A DNA stretch of 64,000 bases from Myxococcales bacterium (GCA_045863395.1 BTVJ01000001.1:288001-352000), one strand, 5' to 3'. Positions 9,106 through 19,678 are shown, counted from the stretch's first letter. Made by a program: numbers and translations. The notes: generated by a model not told the origin, from the sequence alone.

Positions 9106-10341
9106 ATGGGCGACCGGGCCATCCTGCACGTCGACATGGACGCGTTCTACGCCTCGGTGGAGCAACGGGACGCGCCCGCGTTGCGGGGGAGGCCGGTGAT
9201 CGTGGGGGGGCACCCGACGCGCGGGGTGGTGCTGGCGGCCTCCTACGAGGTGCGGCCCTTCGGGGTGCGGAGCGCCATGCCCATGGCGCGCGCCGTGGTG
9301 ATGGCGCCGCACGCGGTCGTCGTGCCTCCCCGGCCGGGCGCCTACGCCGCCGCCAGCGAGCAGGTCTTCGCCATCTTCCACCGCTACACGCCGCTGGTGG
9401 AGCCCCTGTCTCTGGACGAGGCGTTCCTCGACGTCACGGCGTCCGTCACCTTGTTCGGGACGCCGACCGACATCGCCACCCGCATCCGCCGCGAGATCCG
9501 GGAGCAGACGGCGCTCGCCGCGTCGGCGGGCATCGCGGAGGTCAAGCTGGTCGCCAAGATCGCCTCGGACCTGGCCAAGCCCGACGGGCAGCTCGTGGTG
9601 CCGCCGGGGGAGGCGGCGGCCTTCCTCGCTCCACTGCCAATCAGTCGCGTGTGGGGGGTGGGGCCGCGCGCCGAGGAGCGGCTCCTCGCGCTGGGGCTGC
9701 GCACCATCGGGGACCTGGCCCGGGCGGACCCGCGGTGGCTCGCGGGCAGGGTGGGCAAGCACGGGGCGGAGCTGAACGCCCTGGCCCGCGGCATCGACCC
9801 GCGGCCGGTCGTGCCGGACCGGGAGGCGAAGAGCCTCGGGGCCGAGGACACCTTCGCGGAGGACCTGCGGGGCGACGAGGCGCTGCGACCCCACGTCCAC
9901 GCCCAGGCGCTGCGGGTGGCGCGGCGCCTGCGGCTGGCGGGGGTGAGGGCCCGGGTCGTGCAGCTCAAGGTGAAGCTCGCCGACTTCACCACGGTGACGC
10001 GGCGCGCCACGCTGCCCGAGGCCACCGACGACGGGCAGGAGCTGTTCCGGGTGGCAGTGTCGATGCTGCCCGAGGCCCATGGGGGCAAGTCCGTGCGGCT
10101 GACCGGGGTATCGGCGCAGGACCTGTGCGGGGAGCCGGCCCAGCTCCCCCTGCTGGACGCCGGGCCGTCGCGCCGGACCCGGCTCAACGCGGCGCTCGAC
10201 CAGATCGCGGACCGCTTCGGCTCGGGGGCAGTGCGGACCGCCGACCTGGGCGGAGAGACGGAGCATGGAGACGACGAGGCGCGGCGGCGCATGGGCGCGA
10301 GCCGCAATGACGTCGAAGGGGGCCCCGTCCGTCGCGCGTGA
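9106..10341 (+). CDS. dinB: DNA polymerase IV
   Basis: ILHVDMDAFYASVEQ, AASYE.R.FGVRSAM, SLDEAFLD, AKIASDLAKPDG, VRLTGV. Confidence 0.95.
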   Translation: MGDRAILHVDMDAFYASVEQRDAPALRGRPVIVGGHPTRGVVLAASYEVRPFGVRSAMPMARAVVMAPHAVVVPPRPGAYAAASEQVFAIFHRYTPLVEPLSLDEAFLDVTASVTLFGTPTDIATRIRREIREQTALAASAGIAEVKLVAKIASDLAKPDGQLVVPPGEAAAFLAPLPISRVWGVGPRAEERLLALGLRTIGDLARADPRWLAGRVGKHGAELNALARGIDPRPVVPDREAKSLGAEDTFAEDLRGDEALRPHVHAQALRVARRLRLAGVRARVVQLKVKLADFTTVTRRATLPEATDDGQELFRVAVSMLPEAHGGKSVRLTGVSAQDLCGEPAQLPLLDAGPSRRTRLNAALDQIADRFGSGAVRTADLGGETEHGDDEARRRMGASRNDVEGGPVRRA

Positions 10342-10395
10342 CCAGACTCTCGATCAGCGGCGCTGGAGGTCGGCTCCCTCGATGCACGGGGGCCG

Positions 10396-10869
10396 TCAGT
10401 CGTTCTTGACCAGGCTCTCGAACATCGACGGCTTCGAGGTGAGCGCGTCCTCCACCCAGGACCGGAGCCGCGCCGCGCTCAGGGCGCCCACCTGGGTGTC
10501 GACCACCTGCGCGTCCTTGAAGAGCATCAGCGTGGGGATGCTCCTGATGTTGAAGCGACCCGAGGTGCGGCTGTTCTTCTCGGTGTCGACCTTCACCACC
10601 TTGAGGCGGCCGGCCATGCTCGCGACCAGCTCCTCCACGAGCGGCGCGATGGTCTTGCACGGGCCGCACCACGGCGCCCAGAAGTCCACCAGGACCGGGA
10701 CGCGGCTCAGGAGCACCGCCTGATCGAAGGTGGCGTCCGTGACCTCCACGGGCTTGCCCTCCACGACCGCCTCGACCTTGGCGACCTGCACCTCGGCCCG
10801 CTTCTCCGCGAGCTCCAGCCGCCGCTCCCGCTGCTTCCGCTTCTTGTTGCTGTCCGCGCTCGCGCCCAT
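10396..10869 (-). CDS. trxA: Thioredoxin with charged N-terminal extension
   Basis: VDFWAPWCGPCK, IRSIPTL; GAGGA RBS. Confidence 0.88.
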   Translation of the reverse strand: MGASADSNKKRKQRERRLELAEKRAEVQVAKVEAVVEGKPVEVTDATFDQAVLLSRVPVLVDFWAPWCGPCKTIAPLVEELVASMAGRLKVVKVDTEKNSRTSGRFNIRSIPTLMLFKDAQVVDTQVGALSAARLRSWVEDALTSKPSMFESLVKND

Positions 10870-10950
10870 GTCCTCAGTCCTCCGTTCGGGGTCCGCCAGT
10901 CCGGCCCTCCGAGAGCCACCCGCCACCGTAAAGGGCGCACCCCGCGGGCG

Positions 10951-13900
10951 TCAATCGGGAGGCGGTGCACCCAGGCTCGCGAACAGGGTGTCGGCCGCGC
11001 GCCGGAGTCGCCCACCCTCTGCGCCACCGAGGTGGCTCGCCAGGTGGTGCGCTGCCAGTGCCTCTTCGTAGGGCATTCGCAGGCGCCGCGCCTCTGCGAG
11101 CCCCCGCCGGAGCGCCCGTGCAGCGCGGTGGGGGTGCCCGGATCGCGTCGCCAGGAGCCCGTCGCAGACGAGGGAGCGCGGGCGCGCGATGGGGAACACC
11201 CCCGCGTAGCGCCGCAGCGCGCCGCAGGCAGCCCGAGCGTCGCCCTCGACGCTGACGTCCCCCCCGCCCCAGATCGCGAGCAGGACCTGGGCCGCGGCCG
11301 CGTAGCCCTCGAAGCAGTAGACGGCAACCGGGTCTGTCTTTCGGCTCGCCTCGTTGGCGGCCAGCGCAGAGGCGCGGGCAGCCGCCACGTCTCCGCGGCG
11401 CAGCCACCCCGCCGCGGTCAGCCCGTGGCCCCAGATCAGCTCCGAGCGTCCGACATTCTTCTGAAGAAACGGCGCGAGGGCGTCGAGGAGCGGCGCGGCC
11501 CTGTCCATGTCCCCGAGCGGCAGCAGGCTCTCCACCTGGTCGAGCAGCCCCCACACCTCGGCCTGCACGTCCCCCTGGCGGCGGGCGGACGTGTAGAGCA
11601 CCTCGGCGCCCATCTGGACCCTGCGACTGTACTGCCCCTCGAAGTGCAGCAGCGTCGAGAGACCGCAGACCGCCTCGATCCAGCGCCGCTTGTCGCCGAT
11701 CTGCGCGGCCAGCTCCACCGCTTGCTCGAGGGCCGCCCGCCCCTCCTCCCAGCGACCGGTCGCCACCCGGCTGAAGCCCGTGAAGAACTGCACCGGCTGC
11801 AGCGCGCTCTGCGCGGCCGGCATCGCCACCAGCTCCGCGGCTCGGGCCAGATACAGGTCGCAGAGCCCATGCAGCGGGATCATCGACACGATCCACCCCG
11901 TGAGGGCGCAGGCGCGGGCCAGCTCCGGCGACGGGCCGGCTGCCTCGGCGGCGTTGAGGGCGCGCAGCGCTGCGTTGAGCGTCTCGGGGGGGCCGGCGAG
12001 GAAGAAGTACGTCTCGATGAGGCGCAGGTATGCGGAGGACACTTCCAGCAGAGTCTCGCGCGAGGTCGCCGAGCGCGCCCGCCGTCCGAGGAGCCGCGCC
12101 GCCTGCTGGCCCGCGCCCCGGGCGAGAGAGGCACCGAGAGAGGGGAGGCCCTCGGGCACGGGGAATCCAAACAAATCGAGCGAACGCTCAAGGGCAGAAC
12201 GGCTCTCAGGCAGATTGCCCAGCCCGAGCTGAGCCTCGCCGAGGAGCCTCTCCCAGCGGCCCCGCCGATGAGGCTCGTCCGCACCCGTCGCCGCGTGGAC
12301 CGTCAGGGCCTCGCTGAAGTCGTCGACGGCCTCCTTGTACGCGCCCGTGCGAAGGGCCTCGTCTCCGGCGAGCTCAAGGTAGTGCAGGGTGCGGTCCGGG
12401 TCCTCGGCGCGAGCCCAGTGCCAAGCGAGCCGGGCGTAGACCGCCGGGAGATCCGCCGGGCTCGACGCCTCCAGGGCCACGGCGACGTCCCGGTGGAGCT
12501 GCCGGCGCTGCGAGTAGAGCAGGAGGCCGTAGGCGACCTCCCGAGTGATCTCGTGCTTGTAGAGCCAGGCGGGCTCCGGGTCCGTCGCTCGCTGGGTCAG
12601 GGCGACCCGCTCCAGCTCCGCGAGGGAGTGGGGGAGCTGCGGGCAGTCCTGGCGCACGGGATAGACCCGATCGAGCACGGCGCCGCCGAAGCGCCGCCCG
12701 ATGACGCTGGCGACCTTCACCAGGAGCTGCGCGCGTGGCTCCAGGCGGTCGATGCGTGCGAGGACGGTGCCCTGCACGGTGTCGGGCACCGCCAACGCGT
12801 GCTCCCCGACGGCCCAGCCCAGGTGGGCGACCCCGTGGCGGACCTCGATGGCGCCCGCCTCCCGGAGCGCCAGGGCCAGCTCGTCCGTGAAGAACGGGTT
12901 CCCCTCGGCGCGGCCGTGGATCAGGGCCGCCAGATCCTCGCCCACGGGCTGCCCCAGACGCTCGGCGAGCAGCTCGCGGGTGCCGGCCAGGTCAAGCGGT
13001 GACAGGGCGACCAGGCCCCCTTCACGGAGGCGTTGATACTCGGGGGGAGGCGCAGCCAGCGGGCGTGACGCGACGAGGAGCAGCGGGGGAGTGACCCCCT
13101 CGGCGACCTGGCGCAGGAGCCCCCAGGAGGCGGAGTCGAACCAGTGCGCGTCCTCGAGGACGATGGCGAGCGGGGCATTGGCGCTCTGGCGGAGCAACGC
13201 CACCAGGAGGTCCTGGGTGTTGTGGGCGCGGACCTCGCCGGACATGCCGGCGGTCAGCGGGGTGTCGGGCAGGTCGACGCCGACGACGTCCCGCAGCAGG
13301 GGCGCGAGGCGGAGCTGGGAGGCCGGGACGGCGGACAGGACCCGGGCCCGGCGCCCGTCCCGGTCGTCCGGGGGCAGCGCGTCCAGGCCGAGGGCGGCGG
13401 AGAGGACCGATCGCCAGGCGTAGTAGGGGGTGCCCTGCTCCATGGAGTCCGCGGCGCCCAGCAGGCACAGGACCCCGAGGGCGCGGGCCTGCTCGGCGAA
13501 GTCCTCGACGAGCCGTGACTTGCCGAGCCCCGTCTCGCCCTCGAGGAGCAGCGCGCGGCCTTCCCCGGCGGTGAGAGCGCCGAGCGCGGCGGCCAGCATG
13601 GCGCGCTCCTGGGCGCGGCCGACGGGGGCGGGTCCGCGGCTGCGCCTCGCACCGGCCCGGGGCGCGAAGACCGGGACGGGGCGGGCTTTGCCCTTGACCA
13701 CGACGGGCGGCAGCTCGTCGAAGGCGATGCTCGCCGCGTCGCAGGTGGCAGCGTCGCAGAGCACGCGCCCCGCGGCGTGATGCATCAGGCGCGCGGCGAG
13801 GTTGACCACGTCGCCTATGACCGTGTACTCGCGCCGCGTCGCGCTGCCGATGACCCCGCAGAACACCCGGCCGGTGGCGACGCCCACCGACGGGCGCAGG

Positions 13901-14910
13901 CCCCGCGCGCCGAGCGCCGAGTGCAGCTCCATGGCGAGCCGGACGCCCCGAGACGGATCGTCCTCGTGGGCCAGGGGCGGGAGCCCGGTGGCGGCGAGCA
14001 GCACGACCCCTTTGTCGTCCACCGCGATCTTGTCGATGGACCCCTCGCAGCGCTCCACGGCCTCGGTGGCCGCCGCGAGGGCCACCTGAGCCCGGTCGAG
14101 CAGGTCCGGCGCCGCCGGGTCGAGGCCCCCGAGGCCAACGAAGACCACGGTGACGCGCCGGAGCTCCGAGAGCCACTCCGTCTGGCCCGCGGCGACCCGC
14201 CCGCGGACGGCCTCCGGCAGGAACGGCGCAAGGCCGGCGGACGCTGCCGGGGGCGACGGGACGCGGCGGGCCGCCACGGGGACGCGCACCGCAGTGACGC
14301 GCACCATGCCGTCACGCCGGGGCAGGCCGTCGCAGCTCGCGGCGATGGCGGCCCAGGCCTCCCGCGAGAGCACGACCTCGCCGGCGCGGGCGGCGCGCTC
14401 GGCAGCGGCCACCTGCACGAGCGGGGCTCCGGCCACGAAACAGTGCCACCGGTCCCCTGCACCGGCGTAGCACACCCGCGCGTCCCCGGCGCCGACCCCG
14501 ATGCGGAGCTCGAGCCGGATGGTGGCGCCCGTGGCCTGGTCGAGGGTGCCCTGCAGGGCAAGGCCGCAGGCGGCGGCGCGCAGGGTGGAGGCGGCGACCT
14601 CGTCCCCGTGCCAGAGGGCGAGCAGCGCGTCACCCGCAAACGTGACGACCTCGCCCCCGTGGTCGCCGATCAGCGCAATCAGGTGCCCGAAGGTGCGCTC
14701 CAGCAGGGCGCCCAGCTCCTCGGCGCCGCGGGGTCCGAGGGCCGCGAGGCGCTCGGCGAGCGGCGTGAAGCCCATGATGTCGGCGAAGAGGACGGCGCCC
14801 GGCGCGAGCTCGGCGTCGGGGCGGGAGGGGGCATGCGCCCCGAAGCGCCGGGCCGCGAGGGCCGGCACGAAGCTGGGTGCAGCTTCGGACGTCTGGGAGG
14901 GCTCGCTCAT
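10951..14910 (-). CDS. Tandem class III adenylate cyclase + AAA ATPase + TPR-like region (sAC/ADCY10-like STAND)
   Basis: FADIMGFT, FAGDA, DDKG, RREYTVIGDVVNLAARLM, GETGLGKS Walker A, LEDAHWFD, GNPFF. Confidence 0.9.
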   Translation of the reverse strand: MSEPSQTSEAAPSFVPALAARRFGAHAPSRPDAELAPGAVLFADIMGFTPLAERLAALGPRGAEELGALLERTFGHLIALIGDHGGEVVTFAGDALLALWHGDEVAASTLRAAACGLALQGTLDQATGATIRLELRIGVGAGDARVCYAGAGDRWHCFVAGAPLVQVAAAERAARAGEVVLSREAWAAIAASCDGLPRRDGMVRVTAVRVPVAARRVPSPPAASAGLAPFLPEAVRGRVAAGQTEWLSELRRVTVVFVGLGGLDPAAPDLLDRAQVALAAATEAVERCEGSIDKIAVDDKGVVLLAATGLPPLAHEDDPSRGVRLAMELHSALGARGLRPSVGVATGRVFCGVIGSATRREYTVIGDVVNLAARLMHHAAGRVLCDAATCDAASIAFDELPPVVVKGKARPVPVFAPRAGARRSRGPAPVGRAQERAMLAAALGALTAGEGRALLLEGETGLGKSRLVEDFAEQARALGVLCLLGAADSMEQGTPYYAWRSVLSAALGLDALPPDDRDGRRARVLSAVPASQLRLAPLLRDVVGVDLPDTPLTAGMSGEVRAHNTQDLLVALLRQSANAPLAIVLEDAHWFDSASWGLLRQVAEGVTPPLLLVASRPLAAPPPEYQRLREGGLVALSPLDLAGTRELLAERLGQPVGEDLAALIHGRAEGNPFFTDELALALREAGAIEVRHGVAHLGWAVGEHALAVPDTVQGTVLARIDRLEPRAQLLVKVASVIGRRFGGAVLDRVYPVRQDCPQLPHSLAELERVALTQRATDPEPAWLYKHEITREVAYGLLLYSQRRQLHRDVAVALEASSPADLPAVYARLAWHWARAEDPDRTLHYLELAGDEALRTGAYKEAVDDFSEALTVHAATGADEPHRRGRWERLLGEAQLGLGNLPESRSALERSLDLFGFPVPEGLPSLGASLARGAGQQAARLLGRRARSATSRETLLEVSSAYLRLIETYFFLAGPPETLNAALRALNAAEAAGPSPELARACALTGWIVSMIPLHGLCDLYLARAAELVAMPAAQSALQPVQFFTGFSRVATGRWEEGRAALEQAVELAAQIGDKRRWIEAVCGLSTLLHFEGQYSRRVQMGAEVLYTSARRQGDVQAEVWGLLDQVESLLPLGDMDRAAPLLDALAPFLQKNVGRSELIWGHGLTAAGWLRRGDVAAARASALAANEASRKTDPVAVYCFEGYAAAAQVLLAIWGGGDVSVEGDARAACGALRRYAGVFPIARPRSLVCDGLLATRSGHPHRAARALRRGLAEARRLRMPYEEALAAHHLASHLGGAEGGRLRRAADTLFASLGAPPPD

Positions 14911-14939
14911 CGGCACAACCTGCACCCAGGTCCGGGTGC

Positions 14940-15686
14940 TCAGAACTGGAAGTAGATGAAGGGGGTGGGCGGGGTGCAGATGCCGCCCTCCACCCGGCAG
15001 GGCTCGCCCTGCTTGCAGCGCTCGAGGGCGGCGCAGTCCTCTGGGGTCGCGACGCACACTCCCCCGCCGAGGGTGCAGGCGCCGTCCTGCGCGCAGTCGG
15101 TGGACGCGGCGCAGTCGGCCGCGCTCGTGGCGATGCACACGCCGCCCCAGGCCGCGCACTGGCCAGAGAGGCGGCAGACCTCGGAGGCGCGGCAGCCGGC
15201 GTCCTGCTCTGCGACGCAGCGCCCGCCGCGCGCCGTACACTGTCCGTTGGTGGCGCACGGCGAGTAGCTCGCGGTCCCGCCGTGGCTCCGGCAGTCGGTG
15301 TCCGTCTCCGCCGGGCGCACGCAGCTCCCCCGCAGGGGCGCGCACTCCCCGAACAGCTCGCAGCGGACCGACGCCGCGCAGTCCGCCTCGGTCACGGCGG
15401 CGCACATCCCGGCGACCACCTGGCAGCGCCCCTCCTGCTTGCACCAGTCGTAGTCGCCACCGCAGGGCGGCGCCGGGCGGCACTGCCCGTCGAAGGCCCG
15501 GCAGGCGCGACGGTCGGCGCAGTCCCTGGACGCGGCGCAGGACGAGTCCAGGGCGGCCACGCAGCGAGGTCCGTCCGTCGTACACATGCCGAAGGTCGCG
15601 CAGAGCCAGTGATCGCGGCAGGGGTCCGGGGCCGGGATGGTGCGGCAGGAGGCGAGGGTCAGCAGCAGGGCCAGAGCGAGGCGCAT
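14940..15686 (-). CDS. Cys-rich repeat lipoprotein
   Basis: LASC lipobox; repeated CxxSxxCxxxGxCxxxxGxC units. Confidence 0.75.
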   Translation of the reverse strand: MRLALALLLTLASCRTIPAPDPCRDHWLCATFGMCTTDGPRCVAALDSSCAASRDCADRRACRAFDGQCRPAPPCGGDYDWCKQEGRCQVVAGMCAAVTEADCAASVRCELFGECAPLRGSCVRPAETDTDCRSHGGTASYSPCATNGQCTARGGRCVAEQDAGCRASEVCRLSGQCAAWGGVCIATSAADCAASTDCAQDGACTLGGGVCVATPEDCAALERCKQGEPCRVEGGICTPPTPFIYFQF

Positions 15687-15923
15687 GGCGCACCTTAGCA
15701 CGCCGGTTGGGGAGGCGTCGCCCCCGTGAAGGGGGCGCGCGGCGGTGCATCCGGGGTGTTGAAACCAGGGGCCCGCGGGCATGGTCCACCGTCTGCTCTG
15801 GGCGGAGGCGCCCACGTTCCCCACGCGCCTTGCCACTGTACGCCGCGGAGAGTAGCTTCCCGGGCAGCGCGGCCGACCGCGCGCGACGGAGGGAACATGG
15901 GGAGCTTGACCATCGAGCTGGGG

Positions 15924-16832
15924 ATGCGACGCACGGTCTGGGCGATCCTCTGCCTCACCCTGGCCGCCGGCTGCGACAGGGCAACGGACGCACCCGTGAG
16001 CACGCTGGCCGGCCCCGGAGAGGCGTGCGCGGAGACAACGGACTGCGCTGCGGGCCTGGACTGCATCGCGCTCCAGTGCCTGGTCGCCGTCCCGGTCGAT
16101 GCGGCTGCCGGCGTGGACGCTACGGACGCGACCGCGCCGGACGCCCCCTCCCCTGACGCCACCCTCGACATCGCCGACCCCTTCGACGCCGGGCCCCCAA
16201 CCCCGTCATCGAACCCCGACGAGCTGGACGACCAGACCCTGGCGATCTCGGGCCGGGTGCTCTACAGCGGCGACCTGTCGCCCATCGAGGGTGCCCTGGT
16301 GACCGGCACACCGGGGCTGGGCGCGGTGCTCAGCAACAAGAGCGGACAGTACGTGTTCCTGAGCAGCGATCACGCCCCCATCGAGCCCGGGGCGCTCTAC
16401 CAGATCACGGCGAGCCGCGCGGCCTACGAGGACAACTCAGTGGTGGCCACAGCCACGGACGGACACGCCCGAGACGTGGACATCCTGCTCGACGCCTACG
16501 TCCCGAACATCCCCTTCGGAGCGAACCCGAGCGCCCTCGACTTCGACCTCGGTGCCTTCGGCGGGTCCGACACGGCGGTCAAGCAGGTGGTGCTGTTTCT
16601 CACGCCAACCTTCGAGGGCGGCGGCCCGGTCGGGTTCACCATCGCCGTGCAGCCACCTGCGAGCTGGCTGTCGGTCAAGCCTGCGACCGGCCAGGTGGGC
16701 AAGACCCCCTTCACGCTCGTCGTCACGGTGGACCGCACAGGGCTCACCGGCAGCGCTCAGGGCTCCTTCGAGGTGACCCCCTCGACGGGCGACCCCCTCA
16801 GCATCCCTGTGACCGTCACGGCCACGCAGTAA
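15924..16832 (+). CDS. Lipoprotein with carboxypeptidase-regulatory-like and BACON-like domains
   Basis: LAAGC lipobox; ISGRV....PIEGALV...G.Y; SWLSVKPATG...VVTVDRTGL; start could be ATG 15897. Confidence 0.7.
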   Translation: MRRTVWAILCLTLAAGCDRATDAPVSTLAGPGEACAETTDCAAGLDCIALQCLVAVPVDAAAGVDATDATAPDAPSPDATLDIADPFDAGPPTPSSNPDELDDQTLAISGRVLYSGDLSPIEGALVTGTPGLGAVLSNKSGQYVFLSSDHAPIEPGALYQITASRAAYEDNSVVATATDGHARDVDILLDAYVPNIPFGANPSALDFDLGAFGGSDTAVKQVVLFLTPTFEGGGPVGFTIAVQPPASWLSVKPATGQVGKTPFTLVVTVDRTGLTGSAQGSFEVTPSTGDPLSIPVTVTATQ

Positions 16833-16967
16833 CCCCCTCGTCCCACGGGCATTGCAGGGGCATGACCCCGGCCCTCCGGAGGCGTCACCCCGTGGGTCGG
16901 GCCCCGACCGTGCACCCTTCCTGGGGCGGGACGGCTCCAACCGCGCCTCTACAAGGGAGGTTCGCCC

Positions 16968-17159
16968 ATGCGCCTGATTGACCTGAAGTGCCGCCACTGC
17001 GGAGCCGTGTTCGAAGAGCTCGTCCGGAGCGACGAGGACACCGGCGCCATCCCCTGCCCCACGTGCGGCGAGCGAGGAGCCGAGAGGCAGATCTCAGCCG
17101 CCGCCGTCGTGGGTGGTCGCTCCTCCTCCAGCTCCTGCGGCGGCGGCCGCTTCTCCTGA
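16968..17159 (+). CDS. FmdB-family zinc ribbon protein
   Basis: CRHCG..FEEL...CPTCG, C-terminal SSCGGGRFS; GGAGG RBS. Confidence 0.85.
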   Translation: MRLIDLKCRHCGAVFEELVRSDEDTGAIPCPTCGERGAERQISAAAVVGGRSSSSSCGGGRFS

Positions 17160-17382
17160 GCGTGAGCGCCGAGCGGCGGTCGCCGCTCCCCGACCACACG
17201 CCCCCTCGAAGTGTGCCCCGGCCGCGCACAGTGCGGCCTGGATAGCCATGGGCGCGTCCGCCGGCCCCCCCGCCGAGGCGGTGGGGAGGGTGCCTCGACG
17301 CCCCCACGGGATGCATCGGCCTCGCTCGCGGGTCGTACCCGGGAGCAGGGGCGCAACTCGTGCGCGCCCCGAGGAGGTTCCG

Positions 17383-17880
17383 ATGAAGACGATGATGGCG
17401 GTCGCAGTGACCGCGCTGTTCCTTGCGGCGCCCCCGGCCCGGGCCGCCGCCTATGGTGGCGGTGACGTGGGGCTGGGTGTCACCCTCGGGAGCCCGACGG
17501 GGCTGGACGCCAAGTTCGGCCTCGGTGGAGTGCACTCCCTGGACGCGACGTTCGGCGTGCACTTCCTGCTGCACGACGCGGTCGGCATCGGGGTCGAGTA
17601 CAACGCCGAGGTGTTCTCCTTCAACGCGGGACCCACGCACAACGGCTTGTACCTGGGCGCCGGTGGGCTGTTCACCTTCCTGAACCACGGCCTCTACCAC
17701 AAGCACCGGGACCACACGGACGTCGGCTTTGGCGTGCGCGTCCCCTTCGGGGTGGACTTCGTGTTCAACCGCGCGCCAGTCAACCTGTTCGCCGAGATCG
17801 CGCCCGGCTTCACCGTCGTGACGAACCACGGCCTCGACTTCCTGTTCGATGTGGCCATTGGCGTGCGGTTCATACTGTGA
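17383..17880 (+). CDS. Small outer-membrane beta-barrel protein (DUF3996-like)
   Basis: Signal peptide ending ARA; GLGVTLGSPTGL.AK, GVRVPFGV, LFAEIAPG, terminal GVRF; GAGGAGG RBS. Confidence 0.75.
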   Translation: MKTMMAVAVTALFLAAPPARAAAYGGGDVGLGVTLGSPTGLDAKFGLGGVHSLDATFGVHFLLHDAVGIGVEYNAEVFSFNAGPTHNGLYLGAGGLFTFLNHGLYHKHRDHTDVGFGVRVPFGVDFVFNRAPVNLFAEIAPGFTVVTNHGLDFLFDVAIGVRFIL

Positions 17881-17929
17881 CGCGCCTGGGAACGGAATTC
17901 GCGGCCGCTCGCCGCTGTTCCGCGCTCCC

Positions 17930-18583
17930 ATGAGCCGACTGTTCTCCATCGCGCTGGTCGCGCTGCTGCTCGGGTGCCGGTCCCAGGCCGAGGCCCCCGC
18001 CCCGGCGGCGCCCGCCCCCCCTCGGGAGCGCACCACCTGGCTGTTCGTGGGCGACTCGCTGACCGCGGGCTACGGGGTGGCGGGCGACGAGATCTACTCG
18101 GCGCACGTGGAGGCCGCGTTCCGGGAGCGGGGGCTCCCCTGGACCGTGCGCAACGCCGGCGTGAGCGGCGACACCACGGCGGGGGTCCTGCGGCGCATCG
18201 ACTGGCTCCTCACGCCTGACGTCCACACCGTGTTCGTGGTCATCGGCGCCAACGACGGCCTGCGCGGGCTGCCCACCGAGGAGGCGCGCAAGAACCTCGG
18301 GGCCATCGTCGATGCGGCCAAAGAGCGGGGTGCCCGGGTCGTCCTGGCCGGGATGAGGCTGCCACCCAACTATGGGGAGGACTACGGGCGCGCCTTCGAG
18401 CAGGTCTACCGTGAGGTCGCGAGCAACAGGAAGGTGCCGCTCATGCCGTTCTTCCTGGAGGGCGTGGGCGGCGTCGACGCGCTCAACCTGCCCGACGGCA
18501 TCCACCCGAACCCCGAGGGGCACGTGGTCATCGCGCGCCATGTGCTGGCCTTCCTCACCGCGGAGTCGCTGCTTGAGCCTTGA
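17930..18583 (+). CDS. tesA: Arylesterase / SGNH (GDSL) hydrolase lipoprotein
   Basis: GDSLTAGYG, NAGVSGDTT, GANDGLRG, LPPNYG, DGIHPN. Confidence 0.92.
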   Translation: MSRLFSIALVALLLGCRSQAEAPAPAAPAPPRERTTWLFVGDSLTAGYGVAGDEIYSAHVEAAFRERGLPWTVRNAGVSGDTTAGVLRRIDWLLTPDVHTVFVVIGANDGLRGLPTEEARKNLGAIVDAAKERGARVVLAGMRLPPNYGEDYGRAFEQVYREVASNRKVPLMPFFLEGVGGVDALNLPDGIHPNPEGHVVIARHVLAFLTAESLLEP

Positions 18584-19262
18584 CGCCCGCATCCCGCCCG
18601 TCGTGGAGCTGGTCTCCGTCACCAAGCAGCTCGGCCACGGGGCGCAGGCCGTCGTCGTGCTGCGCGGCGCCTCGCTGGCCATCGCCGAGGGGACGACCGC
18701 GGCCGTCCGCGGCCCGAGCGGCAGCGGCAAGACCACGCTCCTCTTGCTGATGGCGGGCCTGGACCAGCCGACGGAGGGGAGCGTGCGCTTCCGCGGGGAG
18801 GCCATCGAGGCCTGGTCGGAGGACCAGCGCAGCGCGTGGCGGCGGGGGCGCGTGGGCTTCGTGTTCCAGGACTTCCGGCTGCTGCCGCGGCTGACCGCCC
18901 TGGAGAACGTCGCCCTGCCGCTGGAGCTGCTCGGCCGGAGCCCGCGGGAGGCGCGGGCGCGGGCGACAGAGCTGCTCGGCGGCCTCGGCCTCGCGAGACG
19001 CCTCGACCACCTGCCGGCGGCGCTCTCCGGCGGGGAGCAGCAGCGCACGGCCATCGCGCGCGCCTTCGCCCACGAGCCCGACGTGGTGTTCGCCGACGAG
19101 CCCACGGGCAACCTGGACCCACGCACGGCGGGTGAGGTGCTCGACCAGCTCCTCGCCACCGTCGCGGCCCACGGCACTACGCTCGTGACGGTCACCCACG
19201 ATGAGGAGGTCGCCGGCCGCATGCAGCGCCAGATCCGCATCGTGGACGGCCGCATCGCGTAG
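18573..19262 (+). CDS. ybbA: ABC transporter ATP-binding protein (YbbA/LolD-like)
   Basis: GPSGSGKTT, LSGGEQQR, FADEPTGNLD, VTHD; follows tesA; TTG start is inferred. Confidence 0.85.
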   Translation: MSLDARIPPVVELVSVTKQLGHGAQAVVVLRGASLAIAEGTTAAVRGPSGSGKTTLLLLMAGLDQPTEGSVRFRGEAIEAWSEDQRSAWRRGRVGFVFQDFRLLPRLTALENVALPLELLGRSPREARARATELLGGLGLARRLDHLPAALSGGEQQRTAIARAFAHEPDVVFADEPTGNLDPRTAGEVLDQLLATVAAHGTTLVTVTHDEEVAGRMQRQIRIVDGRIA

Positions 19263-19327
19263 CGGGCCGACGCCCGAGCCGGCGCCGCCTCGCCCTCCCA
19301 CCCGGGGTCAGCGCGCCGCGCGGCCCA
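19095..19327 (+). repeat. 233-bp exact direct repeat, copy 1 (3' end of ybbA, spacer and GT2 stop region)
   Basis: Base-by-base identity with 26377-26609 (offset 7282). Confidence 0.95.
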
Positions 19328-19664
19328 GGGTGCGGCGCAGGGCCAGGACCTGCTGGAGGTTGGCGAGGATCGTCCGGGCGTTGCGCACCTTGGACTGGCC
19401 GCCGAGGCGCGGGCGCAGCTCCGTCGGCTCGTTGACCCACCGGTGGCCGCCGCGGTCGGCCTTGAGGATCAGCTCCATGAGCACGGTCCAGCCGCGCCCT
19501 CCCACGGTGCGATGGTCGATGGTGTCGAGGAGGGGCCACCGGAACATCAGCGCGCCCTGGAGCACGGCGCACGCCTCCCGAACAACCGCCTCCAGGCATC
19601 AAACCTCGTTTCTGGCCGGGATCCGCGCCGATACGCTCAGCGCCGCCTCCTCTCAACACTGCGC
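19308..19664 (-). pseudogene. Internally deleted, diverged copy of the GT2 gene at 26590-27312
   Basis: Aligns to both ends of GT2 with about 370 bp missing; GTG start changed to GCG. Confidence 0.85.
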
Positions 19665-19678
19665 GCGGCCCTCCTCCG

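Noticed and set aside
16833..16967. Possible structured RNA upstream of the FmdB gene
   Set aside because: Only short GC stems; no recognisable riboswitch consensus
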